Source: an uncultured Chloroflexia bacterium (GTDB taxonomy: Bacteria > Chloroflexota > Dehalococcoidia > UBA2979). Taken from it: a stretch of DNA of 64,000 nucleotides. This document shows, one piece after another, positions 14,072-23,448 of the stretch. The stretch lies in NCBI GenBank assembly GCA_963728205.1, contig CAVSIV010000001.1, positions 128,001-192,000 of the forward strand, in the 5' to 3' direction. A program made the position numbers and the translations under genes. The notes beneath the pieces are model-generated. The model was not told the DNA's origin. It made no database searches and saw nothing but the letters and a program-made list of their open reading frames with translations. Every line of letters begins with the position of its first letter. Positions within the stretch are counted from its first letter, which is position 1.

Positions 14072-15909
14072 CGACCGACAGTCTCCCAATCCGGGTAGGG
14101 GAGTTGCGCCCCAGCCAATTGATGTGGGCGCACGGCGTCGGTGCGCTCGTCGACCTCCCGCATCTCGCGGTGGTCGTGCAGGGGCTCAATCAGTGGAACC
14201 CGAATCAGTGCCGCCCAGTCACCGAGCCTCGGCTGCTGGCCGCGGTACGGCGCCGCGTGGGCTCGCAGGTCGCGGAGCTGAGAGCCGCTCCGCTGCCCCT
14301 CGTCAGCGATCGCCCGTTCGATCCATTCGGTGATGACGCGCGCATCGGCGTGCCGGTGACGCCGTTCCCCGAATGGCTGCGTTGCCCGATGTGCGGTTTG
14401 CTGGCGCCCACGCGCAGCCGGCTCTTCGAGCTGAAGGAGGAGCGATTCCGGCCCGACCTGGTCCGTTACGAGCACGGAAACTGCAACAAGGGGCGGCACC
14501 CCACCGCCGTCCACTCGATTCCTCGTCGCCTGCCGGGCAGGACATCTCGACGACTTCCCGTGGCACTACTACGTGCATCGGGGCGTGTCCGCGTGTCGTG
14601 GCCAGTTGCGCTTCTTCGAGCGCGGGGCATCGCTCGGACCGCCAACCTGTGGGTGCGGTGCGCCGAGTGCGACGCACAGCGGTCGATGGTCGAGGCGTTC
14701 GATCGCGAGAAGCCGACGCTTCCCGCCTGCCGCGGCCGCCACCCTCAGCTCGATCGCTTCGAGGCCGACTGTACGGAACATCTGCGTCCCATCCTGCTGG
14801 GGGCGTCGAACGGCTGGTTCCCGGTGACGATGGCAGTGTTGTCCGTGCCGGGACAGGTTGGGCGCCTCGATCAGCTCGTCGAAGAGCACTGGGGCGTCCT
14901 CGAGCACGCCGCGACGCCCGAGGTCCTCAAGGCGTTCCGCGCTACCGGTCAGCTCATCGCTTTCTCCCAGTTCGACGACGACGAGCTTCACGCGGCGGTC
15001 AGCAGATACCGCGCTCGCCTCGCGGGGGGCGGCGACAGCGACGTCGCCGTCGACCTGAAAACACCGGAGTGGGAGGCCTTCGCCATTCCGGGCGGCGGTC
15101 CACAGAACGCGGATTTCAAGGTGACGGCGAGTGAAGTCCCGGCCGGTGTGCCCGAGCTCGACAGCGTTCTCCTTGCCGAGCGCCTGCGCGAAGTGAACGC
15201 GCTCATTGGCTTCACGCGTGTCGAACCACCCGAGGACGGAGCTCAGACAACGGGCCGCAACGCGCCCCGATCTCGTCGAGCGGTCCGTCTTGGCTGCTGG
15301 CGACTGAAGTCCGCGGAGAAGGGGTGTTTCTCCGATTCGATGTGCCTCACTTCACAGAGTGGCTCGCCCGCCGCGAGGTCGCGGAACGAGCCGAGCAGCT
15401 CCGCGCGGGTACCGTCGCTGGCGCGCTGCCCGCCGGTTGCCGCCTGACGACGCTGCCTTTCCCGGACCACTGTTCGTGGCGATCCACTCGCTTTCCACGC
15501 GCTCCTGCGGGAGTTCGCGATCGACTGCGGCTACAGCGCAGCTTCGATCCGCGAGCGCATCTACGCGTCGGTCGAGGGCGGCGCGATCAACATGGCCGGG
15601 CTGATGCTCTACACGGCGGCGCCCGACAGCGAGGGAACGCTCGGCGGCTTGGTCGAACTGGGCAAGCCGGAGAACCTCGGGCCGCTGCTGAAGCGAGCGC
15701 TCGAGTCGGCTGCGCTGTGCTCCTCCGACCCGCTCTGTGCCGAACACGACCCCGTCACCGACCGGGCGTTGCACGGAGCGGCGTGCCATGCCTGTCTCTT
15801 CGCGTCAGAGACGTCGTGCGAGGTGGGCAACAGATTCCTCGACCGTGCTCTCCTCGTCCCGACGATCGCTACGGTTGGCGCGTCCGCCGCCTTTCAGCTC
15901 AGATCGTGA
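14068..15909 (+). CDS. drmB: DISARM DUF1998 protein DrmB (frameshifted)
   Basis: ATGA overlap; VGELRPSQLMWAHGVGALVDLP; LYTAAPDSEGTLGGLV; Zn motif CSSDPLC...HGAACHACLFASETSCEVGNRFLDR. Confidence 0.92.
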
Positions 15910-16691
15910 CCTCCCGCTGGGTCTCGGCTGCGCTGCTCCAGGCGGCCGCAGAAGTGTCGGAAGAATCAGCGGATCTGCTGCGAGTTTCCTAATCGACGCG
16001 GGGAACCCAGCGACCGCACGCGCGCGACTCGGGAATGTGCCCACCAGTCGCCAGCGCCAGCTGCTCGAGGCGATCGTCAGCGAATGGGAACCCCGTCCTA
16101 GGGTCACCGGCGCTGGCTCGGAGCGGCGCTGCTCGCTGCACAGGCCGCCTTCGCGCAGGCCGAGGCGGAAGAGCGCGTCGAGCCTGATCTGGACGGGACC
16201 GCGTCCGGGAGAATCGACGCTCCGCCGGACGGACCAGGCGCTGTTCGAGGTGATTGACAGGGCGGCGCACCGGTTGCTGCTCGTGACCTACGCCGCTTAT
16301 CGCGTCCCCGCGCTGGAGGCGCACCTCGCCGGGGCGCGGGAGCGTGGGGTCGTCGTCCGCCTGATCCTCGAGTCGTCCGCCGCCGAAGGCGGGCACGTCT
16401 CGGTCGATCTGTTCCGCGCGCTTCGTTCCGCGGTGCCGGGCGCGGATGTCTACCAGTGGCCGGCCGAGGAGCGGCTCCGAGGACCGAGCGGAGAGTACGG
16501 CGCGTTGCACGCAAAGTGTGCTGTCGCGGATGGCCGCCTCGCCTTCGTCTCGAGCGCGAACCTGACGGGTAGCGCGATGGAGGCTGAACATGGAACTCGG
16601 CGTGCTGATCGAGGGCGCCGAGGTCGCGGGTCGCATCGAGCGGCACTTCCAGGGGCTGATCGACAGCAAGGTGCTACGAATCGTCTCGTGA
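15906..16691 (+). CDS. drmC: DISARM phospholipase D-like nuclease DrmC (frameshifted)
   Basis: GTGA overlap; LIWTGP...RRTDQALFEVI; HKD motif LHAKCAVAD...SSANLT...NMELGVLI; TGA at 16689-16691. Confidence 0.9.
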
Positions 16692-17167
16692 CCCTGGGGG
16701 GATCACCCGGATCCCACCGAGCTCGCATACCGGCGTCGCTTTCCCCGCGAGCACTTCTCCGACCACCGTCGCGACCCGCTCGGGACTCTCATGCTCCCAC
16801 GCGCGAACGACCGTCCAACCGGCATCCGCGAGACGTTCGTCGGTGTCGTCGTCGCGAGTCCTGTTGTCCCCTGGGCTCGTTGTCCCACCACTCGCGGTTC
16901 GACCTCGCCCGCGTGCCGTGCGTCGGACATCCGTGCCAGAAGCACCCGTCGACGAACACAGCGACGCGCTGCCTCGTGAAGACGATGTCGGCCGTGCGGC
17001 GGAGGCTCGGAACCGGCCGACGGCCGACGCGGTAGCCACGTAGACCGTGTCGCCAGAGTGCGGAGCGAACGGCGAGTCCTGCGGCGGTGTCACGTTGATG
17101 CGCGGCTCGCATACGGGTGCGGGCGGCGTCTGATGAAGGCGCGGGGGTGTCAGACTGCCGGCGGCAT
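16674..17167 (-). CDS. vsr: Very short patch repair (G:T mismatch) endonuclease Vsr (frameshifted)
   Basis: RMRA..QRDT, RTADIVF..QRVAVFVDGCFWHGCP.H, RDDDTDERLADAGWTVVRAWEHE. Confidence 0.9.
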
Positions 17168-17172
17168 CGACC

Positions 17173-18321
17173 TCAGCCCTCCGAGGCGTTGAGCGTTCGA
17201 CGTATGCAGCAAGTGAGCTCGAGGAATCCGGGCTCGAATCTCAGGCGGCTCGCTCGACTCGCCGGAGGAACCCGCTCGCGGCGCGCCACGAGAGCGGGTG
17301 GTGTTCGAACTGGAGGAACTCGTTGAGCGGCGGGGCGGTGTTGGCGACTGGCCACTCCGAGACTTCCGCCGCGAATCGCTTTCCGCAGGCACCGCGTCCC
17401 GCTCGCGGCCACCGGTCCTGATTGGTGAGCTCGTGTTCGGTACGCGGGCACTCGGCAGCCGGACATGCCAGCCGCCCGCCGAGCCATCGGGCAACCGGAA
17501 CGCTCACGGCGTTGCCGACGAGCTTCCAGCGAGCGCCGGGCGTGCCGCCAGGTTTGGTCCAGTCCACGGGGAAGCCTTGTAGTCGTTCCGCGTCACGGAT
17601 GTCCGGCGTGAAGAACTCCCCGGCGTCTCGGTTCCAGATCGCCGGTGCCGAGGGGATGCCTAGGCCGAGCTCCCCTTGAGAGGAGGAACTGCCTCGCGTA
17701 TCCAGCCGAGGCCGCGGTTGCCCTCGGTCCAGTAGAACCCGCCGAGCTTCCAAACATCGGGTTCCCGAGGCTGCTCGGCATCGTCCGCGAGCAGCACGGC
17801 ACTTGGGTCCTCGTCGCGCGAAGCGACGATCAGCACCCGGCGGCGTCGCTGCGGCAGTCCGAACGCGCGCGTATCGACCACGCGGTATGCCCATCGGAAC
17901 CCGAGGCGTTCGATCTGCTCGACGAGGTAACGCATTCCCGCCCCGCGGGCGAGTTGCAGCAAGAACGGAACGTTCTCGAGAACGAGCCACCGGGGCTCAG
18001 GGCCTCGACGCAGCAGACTCAAACACGCGGGCGACGAGTCCGGACTGCGGACCGCTGATCCCGGCCAGTCGTCCCGCTTGGCTCAAGTCCGTGCAAGGGA
18101 AGCCTGCGGTCACGACGTCGGCCTCGGGCAATGCTTCGAGAGTGAGCACGTCGTCGGCGATGTGACCCGTTCCGGCGAACCGGACTCCGAGCACGGTGCG
18201 TGCGGACGGAGCGTTCTCACACAGGAGCGCGGACTCGTAGCCCGAGCTCCTCAAACCGAGCTCCAAGACCGCCAACCCCCGCGAAGAGCCCGACGACCTT
18301 CTTCGGCTCAGCCATCGACAT
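17173..18321 (-). CDS. DNA (cytosine-5)-methyltransferase (frameshifted)
   Basis: LFAGVGG (motif I), AGFPCTDLSQAG (IV), LENV (VI), FGLPQRRRRV (VIII), AERLQGFP (IX), LVGNAV (X). Confidence 0.92.
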
Positions 18322-18404
18322 CCGGTTCCTGGTGCCCGTGACTTCGTCGCCTGGTATCGATTCGTCCGCCCGCCGGCACAGCAATCGACCCCGCCGACTG
18401 AAGC

Positions 18405-18830
18405 CTAGACCGGAAGCAACTCGTACCGGCAAATGAGGAAACCTGACTTTCCTCGGGCCTGCTTCGCGGAGGCCACGGAATACATGCCCCGGTATCGATA
18501 GCCCGAGTCCGTGCGATCGATCACCCGGACCGGATTCCCGCTCTCCACGTTCGTTGCCAACGATTGGTTGAGACCCGTGAACTGTTGGTCCGCACTTTGG
18601 CGGCCGGTCTCCGGGTCACGACCGCCTTGCCCGGTGTAGACAATGAGGTCTCCGTGGTCCTCGTCGTCTTCGTATCCACCGGTTAACAGAACGGACTCGG
18701 CACCCGCTCCTCGGATGCCACTGCCGCAGATCCCTCGCCTAATGTCCCGATGAACGCCATCTCGGTGCAGCGCTGTCCGGTCCGCGAAGATAGCCCCCGG
18801 CGCAACGCCGGCGACCGGCCCGATTGCCAT
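18405..18830 (-). CDS. Stand-alone SRA/YDG (SAD) 5mC/5hmC-binding domain protein, 141 aa
   Basis: GVHR....GI.G....GAESVLLTGGYEDDEDHGDLIVYTGQGGRD...DQQF...N.SL....GNPVRVI...YRYRGMY.V......GKSGFLICRYEL. GGAGG RBS. The stop follows the domain directly, with no HNH or PD-(D/E)xK domain. Confidence 0.9.
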   Translation of the reverse strand: MAIGPVAGVAPGAIFADRTALHRDGVHRDIRRGICGSGIRGAGAESVLLTGGYEDDEDHGDLIVYTGQGGRDPETGRQSADQQFTGLNQSLATNVESGNPVRVIDRTDSGYRYRGMYSVASAKQARGKSGFLICRYELLPV

Positions 18831-18841
18831 CCGTCCTCCGC

Positions 18842-21800
18842 TCAGCGGACGCCGACCCCAGAGTGGGGTGACTCACTTCCGTCGCCTCGTGTTCTTACCC
18901 CTACCTCCACCACCCGCGCCAGCGCGTTCGCGAGCTGCATCTGCCGCGGCGTCCGGCAGCGCACCCGCGCGAGCTCGGGGCTCGCGACGACGGCGGCGAC
19001 GCACCGCGCGCGCGAGGTGGCGACGTTGAGCCGGTGCAGGCTGTAGAGGAACTCCATGCCGTGCGGCGCCTCGTCGGCGCTGCTCGTGGCCATCGTGTAG
19101 ATCGCGATCGGCGCCTGCTGGCCCTGGAACTTGTCGACGGTGCCGACGCGGGCGCCGGGGAGCCGCGCGGCGACCTCGGCGACCTGCGCGTTGTACGGCG
19201 TGATCACGAGCACGTCGCCGAGCGTGAGCGCGTGCGCGACGCCCGCGTCGTCGATCCAGGTGGTGCCGGCGTCGAGCAGCGCGCGGACGAGGGCGGCGAC
19301 GGCGTCGGCCTCCTCGGGCGAGGCGCTGGCGTTGCCGTCGTGCGGCACGGGGAGGAAGCGCACGCCGGCGCCGTCGAGCGTGTCGATGCCGAAGGGGGCG
19401 GTCGCACCGCTCGCGTCGGGTGACGCGGCGGGGTTGGCTGGAGCGGCTCGTCGCGGCGACGCGCCGGGCCGCTCGCCGGTCACGACGCGCTGCCGCTCGC
19501 GGCCGGGGTGCGCGTGCAGGCGGCCGTCGTAGAACAGCTCCGACGTCAGCGCGGCGACGGCGGGGTGCAGGCGGTAGGTGCCGTCGAGGAAGAGGCCGAG
19601 CTCGGGCGGCATCGTCTGCGCGTCACCGATCAGGTGGGCGAGCGCGGAGCGGCCGGCGCCGGGCGGGTGCACGCCCTGCAGCGGCTGGTCGAGCTGCTGC
19701 GGGTCGCCGAGCAGCACGAGGTTGCGCGCGGCGCCGGCGGCGGCCATCACGTTGGCGAGCGCGACCTGGCCGGCCTCGTCGACGAAGAGCGTGTCGACGG
19801 CGCCGGCCATCTCCTCGCGGCTCCACAGCCACGCGGTGCCGCCCACGACGTCGAGCGCCGCCTCGTCGCCGGCGGGCAGGGCCAGCAGCGCGGCGACGTC
19901 CTTCGACGCCAGCGCGCGTGCGTCGGCGCACGTCGGCGGCTCCTTCCCCTTCGGCACCTGCCCGATGCGCGGCGCGCGCGCGCCTGGGCGGCGCGCGGCG
20001 GCCTCGACCGCGGCGTCGAGGAGCTGGCCGATCACCTTGTGGCTGTTGGCCATCACGCCGACGCGGCGCCCCGCGGCGACGAGGTCGACGATCAGCTCGC
20101 CGCCGAGTCGCGTCTTGCCGGAGCCCGGCGGCCCCTGCACCGCGAGGTAGGAGGCGTCGAGCGCGAGGACGAGGTCGTGGGCTGTGAGCTGAGAAGCCCC
20201 CCCTTCGAGCGGCACCAGGGAGGGTGCCGATCGTTCCGGGTCGCGGGGTGCCGATCGCTCCGGGTCGCGGAGTGCCGATCGTTCCGGGTCGCGGGGTGCC
20301 GATCGCTCTGGGTCCCCCGGTGCCCGCCGTTCCGCATCGCCCGGTGCCGATCGTTCGCGGTCCGCGTGATCGGCACCCTCCCTGGTGCCGCTCGAACGCG
20401 AGTCGATCGAACGGAGGCGCGGCGGCCGCCGCAGCAGCAGGTCGCGCGCGGCGCGGTAGGGCTCCGCGTCCACGTCCACCCCGTGCGCGACGACCCACGC
20501 GCCGAACCGCCGCAGCGCCGCCTTCAGCACCTGCGCGCCGACGATCTCCTGCGGGATCAGCGACGTCGGCGCCGGCTCGTCGCGCCCCTTTCCGACGGCG
20601 AGCTCGATCCAGCCCGCCTCGTCGTCGACGGCCTCGATCGCGAACCGCTCCTCGGTGACGGGGTCGTATCCGCCGTCCCCGGCGGCGAACGGCTGCTCCT
20701 GCGGCGGGAACGCGAAGCGGTGGACGCGCGACTTGCGCACGTCGCGCTGGTAGCCGAGCGGGGTGAGCTGCCCGAGGGCGTCGCGCTCGCGGACGCGCTC
20801 CTCGTCGGTGAGCTCGTTCTTGAGGAAGAAGTAACGCCACCACGCCGACTTGTCCTCGCGGCGATGGAAGCCGATCAGCTGCGCGAGCAGCCATCGCGCC
20901 GGGCCGCTGCCGCCGGCGTCGTCCTGCGCCGGCCCGCCCGTGGCGGCGTCGACCGCGATGCCCGCGGTGAGCGCGTCGACCAGCGCCTGCGTCTCGTCGA
21001 TCTCCTGCTGCAGGCCATCGCCCGGTGCGCCGTCGCTCGCCACGGGGCGCGGCAGCGGCGCGCCGAGGTCGCGCGCGAGGTCGTCGCGTCGCGCCTCGAG
21101 CCAGTCGCGCAGGTGCCACGTCGACATGCAGTCGTCGCGGTTGTAGGCGGCGATGTCGTCGAGCAGCGCGGCGCGGTCGACGCCCTCCTCTTCGTCGCCG
21201 GTCTCCAGCCACGTCTCGAAGTCCGCGATGCTGTCGCCGGCGGTGCGCAGGTCGGCCTCGCGGCGCCAGGTGCCGGCGTACAGCGCCTCGACCTTCTTGA
21301 TGGAGTAGCTCTCGACCGACGCGCGGATGCCCTGGCGCACGGCCCGGTAGAGGTCGACGAAGACGCCGCCGCGCAGCAGCCGGTCGACCTCCTCCTCGCG
21401 CGTGGCGTAGCGGCCCATCAGGCGCTTCATCGCGGTCGTCTCGTACGCGGCGTAGTGGTAGACGTGCATGCCCGGGTCGCGGTCGAGGCGGTCGATGAAG
21501 AGGTCGACGGTCTGCTCGAAGGCGCGGCGCTCGGCGTCGGCGGTGACGCTCGGGCTCTGCGGGCTCCGCCCTGGGCCGGCGGCGTCGATGGACCAGGAGG
21601 CGTGGAACGTCGGCGCGCCGGTGGGGTCGGGGGCGCCCGGCTCGACGACGCCGAAGAGGTAGTCGAGGCCGTCGATGGCCTCGTCCTCGACGAACGGGTC
21701 GCCCTCGATGTCGAAGAAGAGGTCGCCGGGCGAGGGCTCTGGAAGCATCAGCAGGCCCTGGTCGGGGGTGAGGGCGCCGTCGCGGGTGCGGGCGGGCGGG

Positions 21801-23068
21801 AGCAGCTCGTGGAGGACGCGGCCGGCGCGCTCGCCCTCGAGCTGGATGCGCGCCTGCTCCCGGATGCGGGCGAGGCTGTGGGGGTTGAGGCGGGAGCCGC
21901 GGGGAGCATCCCCGCGGTGCGCCGTGGGGGCCGTGGCTGAGGCGTGCGCGGGCGCCGGCGCACCGCCGGGCTGCGCTCGGCGGTGCGCCCCCGCGGCCGG
22001 TGCGGCGCCCGCGGCCGGTGCGGCACCCGTCGCCGGCGCCGCCACCGGCGCACCGCCGGGCTGCGCCCGGTGGCTGCCGCCGTCCCCCATCGACTCCAGC
22101 GGCAGCTCCAGCACCGCCAGGGCGTCGATGGTGTCCACGCCGCGCTCGCGCAGCCCGCGGCGCTGGCGGGCGGTGATGCCGGCGGTCAGCGCGAGGTCGC
22201 GCGCGTCGCGGCGGGCGCGCGAGCACACCTCGTCCCAGCGGCAGACGCCGCAGTGCTCGACGGGGTCGGGGCGCGTGGCGCGCGGCGGGTACTCGGGCGG
22301 CGGCCCGGCGAGGGCTGCGTCGAACTCGCGGGCGATCATGCGGTAGTAGGCGGCGAAGTCGGCGACGCGGAACGAGACGACCTCGCGCGCGCTGCCGCCG
22401 AGCGCGAGGTGCATGCGCTCGGGCGGGCGGCCCTGCAGGTCGGCGACCAGGTCGGAGTAGAAGCACAGCTGGAGCACGGCCGACGCCTTCGCGTGGCGCG
22501 CGAGCTTCGTGTCCCACACCTCGTAGCTCCACGCGCCGAGGTCGCTCGGCGTCTCGACGCGCCGCAGGAAGTCGGCGCGACCGAATCGGCTCGCACCCCC
22601 GATGCCCGCCGTGCCGCTGGTGCCCGCGGGGGCTCGTGCGCCCGCGTCGCCCGCGGCGTACCGCCGGGATGCTCCCGGCGGGTCGCGCCGTTCGACCGCG
22701 CTCCCTCCTCGCCCTCCACCATCGCCCTCGTCCCAGAACGTCGCCTGGTAGACGACGTCCACCCCCGCGCGCATCGCGTCCAGCGTGGCGGCGGCCATCG
22801 CGCGGTAGTTCTCGGCGCGGGCGGGGGCGTCGTCGCGCCACGGGATCTCCACGACGCGCAGGTCGCCCTGCGTGCGCAGGTCCGCGAGGAAGCGCGCCTC
22901 GTGCTGCTCGCCGCGCTTCGCGACGCGGTCGAGCTGCGGGTCGTCGCGCATCGGTCGCCGCACCAGCCGTGCGACGGCGGCGCGCTCGAGGTTCGCGAGG
23001 TGCGCGCACTCGACGAAGCCGACCAGGTCGGTCGCGGAGTACACGGTGGCGCCGTCGATCAGCTGCAT
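18842..23068 (-). CDS. TM0106-family RecB-like nuclease / RNase H-like / SF1 helicase
   Basis: YSATDL start, GRADFL, YEVWDTKLAR, QLCFY, FFDIEGDP, HVYHYAAYE, YSIKKVE, YNRDDC, QGPPGSGKT, FVDEAGQ, GDPQQL, TVDKFQG, RLNVATSRAR. TACAGT -10 lies 7 nt before ATG 23068. Confidence 0.9.
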   Translation of the reverse strand: MQLIDGATVYSATDLVGFVECAHLANLERAAVARLVRRPMRDDPQLDRVAKRGEQHEARFLADLRTQGDLRVVEIPWRDDAPARAENYRAMAAATLDAMRAGVDVVYQATFWDEGDGGGRGGSAVERRDPPGASRRYAAGDAGARAPAGTSGTAGIGGASRFGRADFLRRVETPSDLGAWSYEVWDTKLARHAKASAVLQLCFYSDLVADLQGRPPERMHLALGGSAREVVSFRVADFAAYYRMIAREFDAALAGPPPEYPPRATRPDPVEHCGVCRWDEVCSRARRDARDLALTAGITARQRRGLRERGVDTIDALAVLELPLESMGDGGSHRAQPGGAPVAAPATGAAPAAGAAPAAGAHRRAQPGGAPAPAHASATAPTAHRGDAPRGSRLNPHSLARIREQARIQLEGERAGRVLHELLPPARTRDGALTPDQGLLMLPEPSPGDLFFDIEGDPFVEDEAIDGLDYLFGVVEPGAPDPTGAPTFHASWSIDAAGPGRSPQSPSVTADAERRAFEQTVDLFIDRLDRDPGMHVYHYAAYETTAMKRLMGRYATREEEVDRLLRGGVFVDLYRAVRQGIRASVESYSIKKVEALYAGTWRREADLRTAGDSIADFETWLETGDEEEGVDRAALLDDIAAYNRDDCMSTWHLRDWLEARRDDLARDLGAPLPRPVASDGAPGDGLQQEIDETQALVDALTAGIAVDAATGGPAQDDAGGSGPARWLLAQLIGFHRREDKSAWWRYFFLKNELTDEERVRERDALGQLTPLGYQRDVRKSRVHRFAFPPQEQPFAAGDGGYDPVTEERFAIEAVDDEAGWIELAVGKGRDEPAPTSLIPQEIVGAQVLKAALRRFGAWVVAHGVDVDAEPYRAARDLLLRRPPRLRSIDSRSSGTREGADHADRERSAPGDAERRAPGDPERSAPRDPERSALRDPERSAPRDPERSAPSLVPLEGGASQLTAHDLVLALDASYLAVQGPPGSGKTRLGGELIVDLVAAGRRVGVMANSHKVIGQLLDAAVEAAARRPGARAPRIGQVPKGKEPPTCADARALASKDVAALLALPAGDEAALDVVGGTAWLWSREEMAGAVDTLFVDEAGQVALANVMAAAGAARNLVLLGDPQQLDQPLQGVHPPGAGRSALAHLIGDAQTMPPELGLFLDGTYRLHPAVAALTSELFYDGRLHAHPGRERQRVVTGERPGASPRRAAPANPAASPDASGATAPFGIDTLDGAGVRFLPVPHDGNASASPEEADAVAALVRALLDAGTTWIDDAGVAHALTLGDVLVITPYNAQVAEVAARLPGARVGTVDKFQGQQAPIAIYTMATSSADEAPHGMEFLYSLHRLNVATSRARCVAAVVASPELARVRCRTPRQMQLANALARVVEVGVRTRGDGSESPHSGVGVR
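20204..20396. mobile_element. MITE-like element: perfect 29-bp terminal inverted repeats around about 6 degenerate 24-bp tandem units, in frame within TM0106
   Basis: TTCGAGCGGCACCAGGGAGGGTGCCGATC (20204-20232) is the exact reverse complement of 20368-20396. Internal unit GGTGCCGATCGTTCCGGGTCGCGG encodes PRDPERSA repeats. Confidence 0.7.
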
Positions 23069-23240
23069 CGGGGGGACTGTAACGCGGACGACCGGGGTGG
23101 CGCGCCCGCGCGCCCGGCACCGTCCGGCGCCCGCGGCGCCCAGGCGCCTGCGGCGCACCGCCCGGCATGCGATGGCCGCGGCGCCTGCGGCGCACCGCCC
23201 GGGTACCCCGGGCGGCTTCCGTAGTCGTCCTGGTCCGCAC

Positions 23241-23326
23241 TCCAACCGGAGTTGCAAACTCCGCGGGAATTGCAACTCCGGGCGCTGAAAGTTGTATTTG
23301 ATCCGCGACATGCAACTGCCGTTGGA
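23241..23326. repeat. Nested inverted-repeat element in an intergenic region
   Basis: Inner arms CCGGAGTTGCAA...TTGCAACTCCGG; outer imperfect arms TCCAACCGGAGTTGCA / TGCAACTGCCGTTGGA. Confidence 0.55.
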
Positions 23327-23448
23327 TTGGACCGAGCGCGTGATCGGGCCGCACGACGGCGGCCGAGGGGTACGTCGAGGCGGTCGAAGCTCGCCGGGAC
23401 GCCGGCGCGTGCCGCGCGCCGGCGCCGCGCCGGTCCCGGCGGGTCCGC

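Noticed and set aside
1592-18321. Programmed frameshifting or stop-codon recoding in island genes
   Set aside because: The shifts are numerous, irregular and lack consistent slippery sites; TAG is used as a normal stop elsewhere in the window.
17173-18321. Firm call as drmMII (class 2 DISARM)
   Set aside because: It is on the opposite strand, linked to vsr, and no drmE is present; a profile comparison is needed.
322-18920. Prophage, ICE or att-flanked element
   Set aside because: No integrase, transposase, phage or conjugation genes, and no direct repeats seen at the boundaries.
19508-23354. Very long alternative-frame and antisense ORFs (810 aa, 1243 aa and similar elsewhere)
   Set aside because: Arg/Ala/Gly-rich shadow ORFs caused by stop-codon scarcity at high GC; they overlap well-supported genes.
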